A DNA stretch of 64,000 bases from Octopus bimaculoides (taxonomy: Eukaryota): contig NC_068982.1 in NCBI RefSeq assembly GCF_001194135.2, forward strand, positions 123,921,474 to 123,985,473. Direction: 5' to 3'. Both the position numbers and the translations under genes were made by a program. Under the pieces are notes generated by a model, which was given only the letters and a program-made list of their open reading frames with translations, had not been told where the DNA came from and did no database searches. Below are positions 26,311 through 39,863 of the stretch, in pieces. Position 1 is the first letter of the stretch, and every line of letters begins with the position of its first letter.

Positions 26311-29113
26311 TGTACTTAATAACAAAGTGACTATAGTGGAAGCTTAGACCTAAACAAAAGGCATTTCCCCAAGGTGCCTGCACTAAGACTGGACCAAGAA
26401 TCATGTGGTTGTGAAATGATCTTCACAACCACACAGTTATGCTTTTATCTAACTTATATCTTGTTCAATACCTACTGATTTTATATTTAAATATGACTTG
26501 GCCATTCACCAATCCAGGGTTGATAAAATAAAACAGGTAATACCACAAGATCAATCATAAATCATTGAATATTTGAAATGATGTTTATAGATTCAATTAC
26601 ACTATTCAATGTTGTTCAGTAGCCATAGAAAGAAGTTTGTTCACAACTAACTTTCAGAAATTTAACAATTGTAACAGTGGTTTCTTTTTTATTTTTGGAT
26701 TTCTTTTTTAACTATTCTTAACTATTTTAACAGACTAGATTAATATAATGTTTTTGACAACTTTCATTTTTTTAAAATTTTGTTTTGGTTTCTTCTAATG
26801 ATCTTAAATATATTTTAAGATTATATATTTAAGATCAGAGGACTCATTAAAATGATAATGACTGTTAAAGTTAGCTAAGAGGCACAAATTTGGGGGAGAA
26901 TTATGTTTAGCTAAGTGAATCTCTGTATATGACCAGTACTTTTTTCATTGACATAGATGACAAAGTAAACCCACATACAAATTGAATTTGGAATGTAAAA
27001 ATGACAAACTGATTAATGTGTGACACTCTGTAAACTCTCTGACCCATTGTCCTCAGTTAATGATATGAATAAGTGAAAATATTTATGTCTAGATTATCAA
27101 TATGTAGTAAATTCTTATTGAATTTTATTTAAAATTATTTTCCATTTGATACCAAATTATATCGATTTCATATTTCTGTTGTGTATGCTGATTTTCAAAT
27201 TTCCAACTGTGGCCATAAATGAAAATTATACTTGTATGTCTTTCTACACCAATAAACAACCATATGTTATTGGAGTGGGTTGATTAATATTTAGACCATA
27301 ACCTGGAAGTAATAAATTCTAAAATTAGATTAACACAAATATATAATTTCTTTGAGTTATCTGAATCCTAAGAATGAAATTTCCTTTTTCACTTAATGCC
27401 CTCATCTACAAATAGGTCAGTAACATAATCTAAAATAACCCTCAAAGAAATATTGCTTCGGGAATCAGTGATGCTACTTCTTCTGTTGACCTTTCATCTG
27501 AAGAAAAAAATGTTTTTCATTGGAAGCACATCTGTCCAAATATAGCCCCACATTTACCGTTGACATAATTGTTTTCAGTGTATCATGGGTTCCCCCCCTT
27601 CCTAAATAAGTTTCCAACACTAATCTGATTATTCAATGATTTATTCTGTATAAAACAATTTATGGCTTAGGTTTAATTTTTACAGAAATACCTTTATTTT
27701 GGAAATTAATATTAAATAATTTTGATTCCAGATGGTTTTGTGTGTGTGTGTGTGTGTGTGTGCATGCGCGAATTTTCTAATTACCTGTGAGATAATACAA
27801 TTTTCACAGACATGGATGTGTGGTTCAGAAGTGTGCTTTCCAACCACATGGTTTCAAGTTCAGTCCCATTGCATTCTACCTTAGGCGAGAATCTTCTATT
27901 AAAGCCCAGGCTGACCAAAGCCTTGTGAGTAATTTAGTAGACAGAAACTGATAAAAGTTTGTTGTGTGGGTGTGTGGGGGGGGGGTGTTTATGCACGTTG
28001 ATGTTACCTTATTTTGATATCACATAATAGTTGTAAATAAGCATCATCATCTTGCTAGCAGTGTTCTTCATCTACAGTCCTCTCATGTAAATAATATCTG
28101 GTCAAGGGGAACTATTATCTTACTTGGAAACAGATGAGAGTTTCCAAGTAAGTGATAGGAAGGGTATCTAGCCATAAAAAATTTGCCTCAATGAATTCCA
28201 TCTGACCCATCCAAGCATTGGAAACTGGACGTTAAAATGCTGATAAGGACTGTTGTTGTTTTTGCTGTTCAGTCTCTAAAAGTACTAAATAAAATAAAAA
28301 ATGGTGTTAAACAAGGGACAATGATGAGATTTCATTTGACAGTAGTAGTCCAATTAAACAAGAGATGTTACTAATTAAAGAAATTTATTTTGTTTTGAAG
28401 TGGTATATTCATGTTTCATTCTATATCATATATCAGAAGGCAGAGTGCTTTTGTCTATTTAACTATGGTTGACTTGAAAAAGGGTTGGGTTGAAAGGCAT
28501 TGAACAATATATGCAGGAAACTTCACTTTCTTACATATGGTTATTTACTTCTCAAACCTGTGATATTTATTTCTCTAACTTATGTATCCTTACAACTATA
28601 GATGTTAAAGCAAAGTAAAAGTAGTGACAATGAGGGTTATATGAAAATAGAATATACTCCTAAAACATAATTTAATATGTAAACAGAAAATTACTTGACT
28701 CTTTTATCAAGAATATCCAGGATTGATCTTTTCCTTGCTCTGACACTGGTTTTAAATGGTCCCATTTATTATCAACTTATAATCGAGTGAGACATTCGAG
28801 CGAGATTGTTGCCAGTACCGCTGGACTGGCTCCTGTGCAGGTGGCACATAAAATACACCATTTTGAGTGTGACCGTTGCCAGTACCTCCTGACTGGCCTT
28901 CGTGCCGGTGGTACGTAAAAGCACCCACTACACTCTCGAAGTGGTTGGCGTTAGGAAGGGCATTCAGCTGTAGAAACTCTGCCAAATCAGATTGGAGCCT
29001 GGTGTAGCCATCTGGTTTCACCAGTCCTCAGTAAAATCGTCCAACCCATGCTAGCATGGAAAGTGGACGTTAAACGATGATGATGATGATGATGATGAAT
29101 CCTTCATAATGGT

Positions 29114-29282
29114 CAAGTAGTGTTGAGGGAGGGGGCATGAGGTTTCACCCTGGATGACAGTTTTATGGGGATGGCTCTTCTTGGTCCACAATATAAGCCT
29201 GTATAGGATTGGGGGCCTAGTAGGGAGAGTGTGGCAAACTCAAGGGCTGCCTTGGACTGCACATACTCTAGCTACACCACTG
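29114..29282. mobile_element. Possible small hAT-type MITE
   Basis: Right end CTAGCTACACCACTG is an hAT-like TIR; the left end is degenerate and I see no TSD. Confidence 0.3.
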
Positions 29283-30159
29283 TAAAGATTCACAGTTGCA
29301 AACTATAAACACACACTTGTCTTCGGGAGACAGTTCAGGTCAATTGTGTTCCAGAAATAAATAAGTTCAAGAATCTTCTTTCATTTAACCTAATAAACAA
29401 TCAAACTAAACTGGTTGATTTGTCTTGTATTAGAAATAATAAAAGGAATAGTTTGGGGATATTTTTTAAAGATCTTTTGTGTATTAAATGAAAATCTATA
29501 AATTTGATATATGGTAAGTAGTTTGCTTCTCAACCATGTGGTCTCAGGTTCAGTCCTACTGTATGGCTCCTTGCCAACAAAAGCTTTGTGAGTTGATTTG
29601 GTAAATGTAACCTGAAAGAAACTTGTCTTGTGTGTGTGTGTGTGGTGTAATGTGTGTTGTGTGTGTGGTGTAATGTGTGTTGTGTGGTGTGATGTGTGTA
29701 TGCGTGTGTGTGTAAATGTGTGCGCACATTACTGTCTCCTTGCTTTAACATCATGTGATGGCTGTAAGAGAGCATCACCATCATGCAAGTAGTGTCCTCC
29801 CTTTCCAATCTTCTGTGGAAACATGTCTGCTTACGGAGATTTGTTACCTCACTCAGAAACAGGAGAGTGTTAGTCACAAGAAAAGCACTTGACCATAGAA
29901 AATCTACCTCAACAAATTCTAGCTAATCAATTCAAAGATGGAAAAGTGGATGTTAAATGATGATGATGGTCATTATCATGGTTATGTAACGTTGAAAACA
30001 GCTTTTATGTCATTTACAAAAGTAGTCAGAAAATGAAGAAAGAAAAATAGAAAAGAAAAATGGTAAAAAAATAAAATCGAAGTAGAGGCATGCACATTCC
30101 ATTCAGTTATACATCATACCAGGGGAAAACTAGTGTTTCGCTCTAAAGTTTTTTGTGAC

Positions 30160-31300
30160 ACTGCAAAACATTCATAGTTTTACCATGAGTGATCGCAAGG
30201 TTGAGATGCTGGAACGGAAAGGTACCCACCCAAGCATTGTCTGAGATGCCTCTGAGATCAAAAATTTATTTGCAGTGATCCAGCTTTATCTGACATTTCA
30301 AAAGCTACAGACTGAAAATGCAATTTACAGACAGATTATGGTATCCCAATACTTATTTTGTTCAGCTTCAGATACAAGCAACTCTTTTCTCTGCTGTCAC
30401 TTTATGTGATGAAGCAAATGAGTTGCTAACAGTGGCTTCTCATATGAAGCATCTGCTTCTTTCCCAAGAGCAGAAAGTGAGTTCATCTGATCTCTTCCTA
30501 TCATTTTTGGGAGCTGATGCAAAAACACACCTCTCCTGAAAAAATGCATTTTTTTTTTAAAATTTTTTTCTGATTCCTACATTTTAGATGTTGGAGATTA
30601 TGAATATGCAGAAAGATATTTTTTAATCCCCCGCCCCACACACACACATCAATTAAAAATTTTAAACGTTTTCGAAATTTTTTTTTCCTATATTTTTTCT
30701 ATATTTTCGCTGATGGAGATTCCGAATATGCAAGAAACCACATTTTCAAAATTTTAAATTCAATAAGCATATGGATATGTGTATAAAGCAATATATAGAT
30801 ATCGATGTCTTCTTGGGGCTAAGAACATCCTCTATAGGACTGCATCAATTTACTTCAATCTCTTTAAAATAAACAAAATCAGAATTTTAAATTGGGGGGA
30901 GAGAGGGGATAATTTAAAAAAATTTTTTTTTTTTGCATATTCGTAATCTCTGACATCTAAAACACAGGATTCTGGGAAAAAAATTTTCAAAAAATTGCCC
31001 TTTTCTAGGGAAGATGCAATTTTGCATTAGCTCCCTTCAAAAAAAGACTCATTTAATGATTACATTAATCTCATTGCGATGATAACGTGGCCCAATTCCA
31101 TTGACAATCCATGAAAATATCCAGAATTGAAGGGCTTACCATAATTACACCTTATTGCCCCACATATATTGGTCCCAACTCTGAGGCAATGGAGATGTTG
31201 ACCACATCCAAGTGAAGCATCAACTCAGTCTCTAAAAATTTTGGCACCCACAAAAGAATTAGGTGGCACCTTGAGTGCTCAGATGGATCAAAAAGACTTG
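30160..31300 (-). mobile_element. CRE-clade retrotransposon C-terminal fragment (zinc-knuckle region + RLE), interrupted by a MITE
   Basis: 31300-31036: LRVGTNIC..RC..G...HGLS and HRNEINVIIK. 30502-30160: DRKRSDELT..W...EATV (~DGKRPDGLT..W..DATV) and FQHLNLAI..G (~FQRLSLAIQRGN). Confidence 0.75.
30509..31035. mobile_element. MITE, 527 bp, ~105-bp imperfect TIRs GGGAGCT(G/A)ATGCAAAA...
   Basis: 30509-30615 is the diverged reverse complement of 30931-31035; the subterminal motif GAGATT(A/C)(T/C)GAATATGCA occurs three times. Confidence 0.8.
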
Positions 31301-32983
31301 AAAATGTACTTTGGTTGTTACTTATCCCACACACTATGAACTAATTAGCTCTGAGATGCATTTTCATCAATATCACTTAATCAAATATACTGCAAAACTG
31401 ACAATTTACAAAGTTTCTATTATATTAACCTTTTAATTAGTTTCCTTCATTTTATGAATAACAAAAAAATTTTAATTTTGATATACTCTCCTCCTATACA
31501 TAAAATTGATGAACCAAAGATTATACTGCAAGATGTCAACCTTTATAATAAGAGGTTTTTCACTGCAGTGGCTAACACATTTGTATTAACCAGTGGTTAT
31601 TTTATTAATATATTCCAAATAATTTGGTCCATTGAGAAAACGGAAAATAACTGAAGTGTTTTAACTGATATATTTAGAATTCATTCTTTTTCTGGCATAA
31701 ATAGTCATAATATGTATAGTGTATTCACAGATGTTCTTCCAGAAATAACATGAGACCACATGCAGGAATTTAATCACCACTTTAGAAATTTTTCATAATA
31801 CACTTGAAGTTTTCCATTATTTTTCTTTTAAAAATAATATCACTGAAAGAAAACTTTTAAAGTATAGTGCCAAATAATCGATTCTCATTGCAATGATTAA
31901 ATATTTGCTGGTGATGTCGCATGCTAATCATATGCAAATCACTTCTCACAACTTCTTTCCATTGACCACCAAAAATAAAATGTGAGTACTATTTCATGAA
32001 ATGCAAAGAATTCCGTAGAGTACCCCACAACCAAAAGCCAATTAATTTGGCTTCTGTATCTCAAGTGCACAAGCACACAACTGAGTAGACTCAGTTCTCA
32101 TGCAGTAAAGGTTAAAGGCAATAATTTTGTTATTACATAAGATTTTAATTTTTCTGATTATTAATCTCATTTTAGGAATGAAAAAATTTTCAGTTATTAC
32201 CTCTCACACTATCTTTCAATCAGTTTAAATGAAGCCAGTCTGTTACAAGAAAACCTGAAGACTGTTGGCAATCAAACTTATTGAAACATGCTGTAGATGT
32301 AAATAATGGATTTTTTTTATCATTGAAGATGGTTTTCATATTTCAAACAATTATATTTTTATTAACAACATTTAGACATCTCATATTACATGTTTTGGAA
32401 ATATTACAGATGATGCACCAAAAGAAATATATTCTGAAAAGTTTGTTATTCCTTTTAATCACTTTTGTTGTATATTTAAAGACAAATTAGTCATTCTGCA
32501 ATAAAAATAATATTTAGAATGAAATAAACTATTTTATTTCATTTTAAATATTATTTCTATTTCTGATAAATGAAAAACAATTTTAAACATTTTGTTCTTT
32601 ACAATATCATATTTCACACTTTTAACAAAACTGTACCTTGATATTTACTGCATTAGGCTGTACTGGTGATTTTCTTTAATCTTAATCTATAATATATTGT
32701 GTGAAGAATTAATATTGGTAATGGCATGGCTATATCATACATAGTATTGTCTACCTTGCATGCATGATATGCTTAACTAGGTTTCCACCCCCTTAAAATA
32801 CCTTGAAATTTCTTGAAAAATTCATTTGTTGCTTTTAAAATGAATTTCAACAGTTCTTTTTTGACTAACTGGATCTTTATCTTTCTAAACATGTATTTTG
32901 TAAAATAGTAAACTTCATTCAATATTAACAGTTTCCTGATATACATATTAACACATACATGCATACATACATACATACTTACA

Positions 32984-33014
<31 letters not shown>

Positions 33015-33098
33015 GTTTGTTTTTATGTTCAGTTATAATAAAAACAATTTTGCATTAATCTGTTGAGTTGCTCTACACCCATGTTGAGTACAAATTTA

Positions 33099-33995
33099 TT
33101 ATTCTTAAACAAGAATATTATTGACAGTGACTTTGTAATGAAATTTTTTAGGGCTTCACAAAAGAATGTGGATGGGTGGTGTGTTTTGGTTTGTTAATTT
33201 CTTTACTTGTTGTTGTTATTTGGGATATTTCCTGTTTTATTCGGAAGGTAGGAGTTATAAGCCTGGTTTGTCATGGTTTTGTTAGTTTAGAAAATTTATC
33301 TTGTGCTTTGATGCTCACAAGAGGATGTAAAGTTTGTTTGTCTATAAGCAATTTAATTAATATGTAAAAATTTTAGCCCTTTTTTTATGGAGGTAGAGTT
33401 TATGGGTTGTGTTTATAACTATTTTTTCAATTCTGTTTCAAATGTGGGTATTTTATAATATACTATAGAAACAGGAAATACCATAAATAACAACAACAAC
33501 AGTTAAAAAAACTAACCAGCTAAAACATACCACCTACTTACATTCTTTTGTGAATCCCTAGAAAACTTCATTACAAAAAAGTTGGCACATCCATTTATTA
33601 AGTTTTTAAATACTAGGCTATATTTTGAACTTTTAACCTTTACATTGTCAAAGCAAAAGATTAAATCCAATCAGACCAAAAGTATATAAAACTACTGACA
33701 TATCCTATACCTACCTACCAAAAATATTCACACCTGCTTTCAAATTTCTGCATACATGAATAAATTCTAAACAATGACATAAATCCAAAGTTAATCAATG
33801 AAAATTTCTATAAACACCTCTCCATAATAACTACCCACCTGAAAACCTAATTAGCACACTACTCAAGCCCATATAGCCAAGGGAGATTTTAACTCAACAG
33901 AGACTATATAAAGCCAAGATTAACTTTAATGCATCACAGTTGTTTAATTAGCTGAAACTTCAAAATCACTGTCAATAATATTCTTATTAAAGAAT

Positions 33996-33997
<2 letters not shown>
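33099..33997. repeat. Nested inverted-repeat structure, probably a decayed Penelope-like RT fragment
   Basis: 33128-33240 is the reverse complement of 33466-33585, and 33099-33135 of 33961-33997; peptide traces KHTTYLHSF and NNYP. Confidence 0.55.
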
Positions 33998-34043
<46 letters not shown>

Positions 34044-35739
34044 CATAAAAGTATGGTACATTTACATTTTGGCTCAGACTTCTTAAATAATAAAATTCTT
34101 AGATTCTGATAATGAAGATCCTACAACATAGTAACACATTTATTTATTGTTTGTCATAAACAGTTTATAGAAGAAAATCACATGATAGTATAACTTAAGC
34201 TTATATCAGTTATTATGATGGGTCTTTGTATTTTGCATGTGACATTACTTGGCAATAGTGTCTTCAACATAAAAGCAAATAATTAATTTTTAAAAATTTA
34301 ATATTGGTTTGAATTATATTTTTGTATCTATCATTTAACACTTTTCATTTTTTATTTTTCCTTATATATGAAATAATGAGAAGATTATTCTTCCAAAACA
34401 TCTTAATATCAAAAGATTTGTTTCTTCCTTTTGCTCAGATATTTTGTTTCGTTCTTAACCTAATTATTAGATGTGACTAAGTTATCGACATGTTTGATTC
34501 ATTTAACTAATATTCATATTTCATGTGAAACAAAAAAAATAATCAATCTGGAAAATGTTTTTTTTTTTTCTTCTTGTTAAAGCGTCTCAAACTGGAACAG
34601 AGGAAATACCTCATTATCATCTATTAAGAGAAATTATGCGACGAAAAAACCCCAACTAGTTGAAGATGTTGAGAAAACAACTGGCAACCTATCACTCAAA
34701 ATGGCTGAATTTTTTTCTTCTTCTTCCTTGGTTTCATGTTGATGTCATGCAAAGAGAACAATAATCTGGAAGAGAAAAACTTTTCCATTGTATTGTTGTC
34801 CAATTTTGGAATTTAAAACCAAAACGACCAAAATATTGACCCTAAATAAACTAAGTTAACTAGAAAATATGTTTTAATGACCTTAACAATATTAAAGCAG
34901 AGTATATGAATATATAGTAATATCATATCAAAATAACGAAACAAATTTAATGGAAGGAAAATGTCAATATAAAACTTTAAAGGATTTTCTTATCATTATC
35001 AGCTTAAATTAATTTTATTTCTCTTTATCAAATTGGCTTCTTTGTTAAAAAAAAAAATGAAACTAAAAATCTTGCTCCTTCAATAACTATTTATACAAAC
35101 CAATCATTTCATAACAACTTTGACATCATAAAATTATATTAAATAATCATATTTACTGTAAGGAAAATGATAATTTAAATCCTTAATTACCTTCAATAAA
35201 AAAAAATTATATGTTAAAAAGTAATGGTAAAACAAATATTTTGCTAAATATAACAAGAATACATCAATAAATAATTAGTCAAAATAATTTAAGTTGAAAT
35301 TGAAAATTTCTTCTACCATAAATAAAATTAAGTCTTAATTATTGAGTTTTTGTTTACAAATTTGGTTATAAAATTATTTTAAAAGTTACACTACAGTAGA
35401 AATTTGATTGTTTAATGAAGTAAAATGACTAGTGCAGTGATGGTAGCCAATATAGTTAACACATGGATGCAAAGTTTTTCCTTAAGTCAAAATCCTGTTC
35501 TTTTCTTGTGGATTATCATACATGGTGGATTATCTTCTAAGCCAGCATTAAACAGTGTGTGTGTTTTTTTGTTTTTTTTTTGTTGTATTCTTGATTATTT
35601 CTTTAGTAAATTTACCATTCAGTTGCAATTAATATGTAATTTGTTTAACAGTCATAAAAATTTGCTGTGATCACACCTCTTCAGTTCGTCTTTCTACATA
35701 CATGATATTCCATGTCATTTTTCTCATTTTCAATACATC

Positions 35740-35990
35740 TGTTGTCTCTTTTAAAATATTCCAGGTTGTTTTCTGCACTCTCAGAAAGTATTGCTCATCT
35801 GCTTCACATTGCTTGATATAATGTTTTCATAGACAAAGAATCTATCTTTGTGGAGACTGGCATCTCTCAATGTCAACCACAAATAGCCTATGATTGTTGA
35901 AATCTCCAATTATGATGTGTCTTGCAAGTTAGGAAGGTGTTTTGAGAAGCTGGGAGTTTGTATACTGATACAAACACTGATATCATTTCA
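35740..35990 (-). mobile_element. LINE APE-endonuclease fragment (Ingi/Vingi-like guess)
   Basis: SVYKLP...HIIIGDFNNH (35890-35916)...AENNL. Confidence 0.6.
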
Positions 35991-38900
35991 TTGGTACAAA
36001 CACTGAAAGCTGTTGAAATGATTTCAGTGCTTTCATTCTCACTTTTATTTATGACAACTGATTCTACTTAAATAGATTTTATTTCATATAAAATCTATTA
36101 ATGAGGTATTTCAATAGCTTTGATCTTTCCTAGTTGTATTAGATAATTATATTCCTTGCTTACACAAGATATCATGCAGTATATCCTTTTTATAACAACA
36201 AAACTATGTAATGTTGAAATAACATTTTTGTAAAGGTTATTTCATAATGTGTACTGGTACAACTGGACTGTAGCAGTTACATCTATCTCTGGTCACTCAA
36301 GATATGTTGATGATCAGGTTAATATTATGAAATAGTGTAATACTGCCAGTTTGATACAGTCTATTATTTTTATTACATGTAAATCTTATAACATTTCTGT
36401 TTCTCATGTAATTATAATTTAATTTTATGAGGCCCATTTTTATCTTTTTGGAGGTTTTCTTTACAATTGCTTCATTTGCATTTTTAAAAAATGGCACTAA
36501 CATTAAAAACTACCATTATCAAAAATTCACATAACCAGTTTTCATATTAGCCAGTTTACTATCCACATTAATACAAAAATAAAGAAAGATGTAAAAATCA
36601 TTAAAACTGTTATGTAAATTAAACACAATCTGTTCTGAATTGATATTTATTTTCAACAAGAGAGAATTATAAGGAATGATCATAATATAATTAGCATTTA
36701 ACTCATATTTGATTTTAAGATAATCTCTGTATAGCCAGTTGTCACCTGCAGGTGAGTTTGGCTTGATAATATACACCATGCTTTCACTGAATGTTTGAGG
36801 TACCTATAATGTTACAAGCAGATATGGACACCCTTTTGGGCCTCCCTTACACTTAACCCAGCAGAACTTCCAGGGTGTGACAGCTGGAAGGAGAAAAATA
36901 TGACTGGTACACATTACAGTTGAGTAGGCTGAAGCAACAGGAAATGCAGTGGTTTGTTCAAGGACAAGACACATCATCTAGCCCAGGAATTGAACCTACA
37001 ACCTTACAATCATGAATCAAACTCCTTAACCATTAGGCCATGTACCTTCACAAAATAATCACTACTACTTTCTTATAGCATGCTTCCCGTCTAATCTTAT
37101 ATAAAACTGGTGTATTTTAAACTATACAGACAGGAGCATGTATGGAGGTAATTTTATCCATTTATCTCATGGTTTGATCATTGTTAAGGTTTCTAGTTAT
37201 TAAGGTTTCTTTACATGAAGGTATGATCTGATCTAACTAGATTTGAAAAAAAATAAAAGAAAATACTAGAATCAAAGTAAGAACAAAATTAAACCTAATA
37301 AAATTTACAAATATTCTTCAATAAGAAAATAACTGCTTTTAATTAATAAAGGTAAATAAACTTAATAAGAATTAGGATAAAATGAATAAAGTATAGATAA
37401 AATTTTGTGTGCAATACTACAACTCATATAAGATGCAATTTTTATTTAAGCTGGACTACAGTATCCAAAAGAATTCAGACTAGTTTTAAAGATATGGTTC
37501 ACATATCTTTTATCTCTTACTAGTTTCAGTCATTGGAGTGTAGTCAAATTGGGCCACTGCCTTGAAAAGTGTAGTTAAAGAAATCAACCCCACTAAATAT
37601 ATAACCTCTTATTCCTGAATAATTTCTAATAATGCAATGATATTTTAACTGGTGGGTAAAGGAAATCAACAATTATAATTAAAAGGTATTTCAGAAGTGA
37701 TCCTATTAACAAGCAAAATAGTTCAAACCAATGAGGTTACTCAACCTGTTATAAATAGCAGTTAAATATCACATTAAATCTCCCTCAAATCCAACTCTGT
37801 GTCCTAAGAACACATTGGATAATTTTGTCCCAGATGCATTGTGTTCCAAACAGAGCAGGATGATCATGGCTGAAATACATTTAGTCATAGGTCTGCTTAT
37901 ATATATATATATATAACTAAAGAGAGAAAAAGGAAATGGAAAATGGAGAGAATATAACATCTCATGAATACTTGAAAGGAATACATGATCATATATCTAG
38001 TGTATTAGAGCTGACATTGACCCAAGATCCTATGTCAGTACAACTACAACAGATCAATGATCAGGTATTCCACTCATGACAATGATTTTTCATTTGTTTG
38101 TTTGTTTGTTTTTTAGGCAGATAATACTGCCTAAATTATCTAAATCTGCATCATTAAACAATGAGATCTATTTTTTTTTATTTCAAAACACTAAAATGTA
38201 ACTTAAATGAGATTTGGGTGCTATTCCTAGCAGGCTCTATTTTTAGCTTGAACTAGAAATATTGAATTGACAGGTGATATCACATTTTTAGAGGATGTGC
38301 AATTTAAATCTAACTTCTAGCACCAACAAATTTAAAATTTAATTGAAAATTTAAAAGAAAAAAAAAATAAATAAAAGAAAAAAAGACACTTTTGAGAATC
38401 ATAACCAGCATAAAACCAGCATGAAAAGAAAAAGTACCAAAATACCCTGTCGTGATTTTACTAATGTTTTAATATTTATTGTTATACTAAACTAAACATT
38501 AATTTTTTGTGGTATCAGCAGAAGATACCTCCTAATATGCATGTGAACATTAATGCAATATTCTCAGCTAAAAGAAATATGGGGTATCACTAACATTGCT
38601 TTTAAAACTTATTTCTAAAAGTTGTTTTTCTTTTGAATGATACTTTTAAACGTCAAAGTGCATTCCTTTAGGGTTTTCACACTTCAGTAACCCCAGTTGT
38701 GTAAGACAGTTAGCTTTAGAAACATAATTTTCTGTTGTGTGTGAATTTGATCTGATGTATATATATGAGTGATGTGTGTCTCTATTTTTTAAAATCTGCA
38801 CAAAAAAGTCATAAATATGTTTAGGTAATTTTTTTCTTTAACAGATTGATATATGTAGTAACTTCTTTCAATACCTATATTTTCAAATGTGAATGGATTT

Positions 38901-39824
38901 GGTAGGTAGAGACTGAAAGAAGCTCATCATATAATCCTATATATATATATATGTGTATGCATGAGTCTCTGTGTTTACATTTGCACTTCTCTAAATATCA
39001 TTTGCTACAAGAAATGATATTGTTATTTTCTCTGTCAACAAATCACCTATCAGCTTTGTGCCTTCAAAGTTATATGTAATAAGGGAGCCATTACTTGAAA
39101 AACAGGTAAGGGTTAGCAACAGGAAGAGCATCCAGCTGTAAAACAATGCCTCAATAATACATTATCTAACCCATGTTAGCTTGGAAAAACAGGTATATAA
39201 AAGAAATGAATGAATATATTTATTTTTTTACTTGTTTCAGTCATTTGACTGCGGTCATGCTAGAGTACCACATTAAAGGGTCTTTTAGTCGAAGAAATTG
39301 ACTCTAGTACTTATTCTATCAGTCTCTTTTGCCAAACTGCTAAGTTATGGGGATGTAAACATAACATCAGTTGTCAAACAATAGTGGGAGGGGGCAAATA
39401 CAGACACAAAGACACACACACTTAAATACATATATATATATATATATATACAACAGTCTCCTTTCAGTTTCTGTCTGCCAAATCCACTCACAAGGTTTTG
39501 GTTGGTCTGAGGCTATAGCAGAAGACACTTATCCAAGGTACCACTCAGTGGGACTGAACCCAGAATCATGTGGCTGGTAAGCAAGCTACTTACCACATAG
39601 TCATGCCTGCGCTATGAATACATCTATTTACTTAAGCACATATGCATCTACCTATACTTGTATATATATGCATAAATACACATATATATACATATGTAAA
39701 ATACATAAAAAGTATAAAAGTGAAATTGATGCAACAGCTGACATCACCAGATTATGCCTACAGATTGCAATATGCAGTCACATATTGTGACTTTTGCCCC
39801 CCCCCCACACACACACACATCATT

Positions 39825-39863
<39 letters not shown>

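Noticed and set aside
27440-27510. Strong minus-strand acceptor followed by DERSTEEVASLIPEAIFL*
   Set aside because: I found no partner exons on the minus strand, so a nested gene is not supported.
36720-36757. Consensus donor CAG|GTGAGT in unique intronic DNA
   Set aside because: No upstream acceptor gives a frame-preserving exon; an isolated donor is not evidence of an exon.
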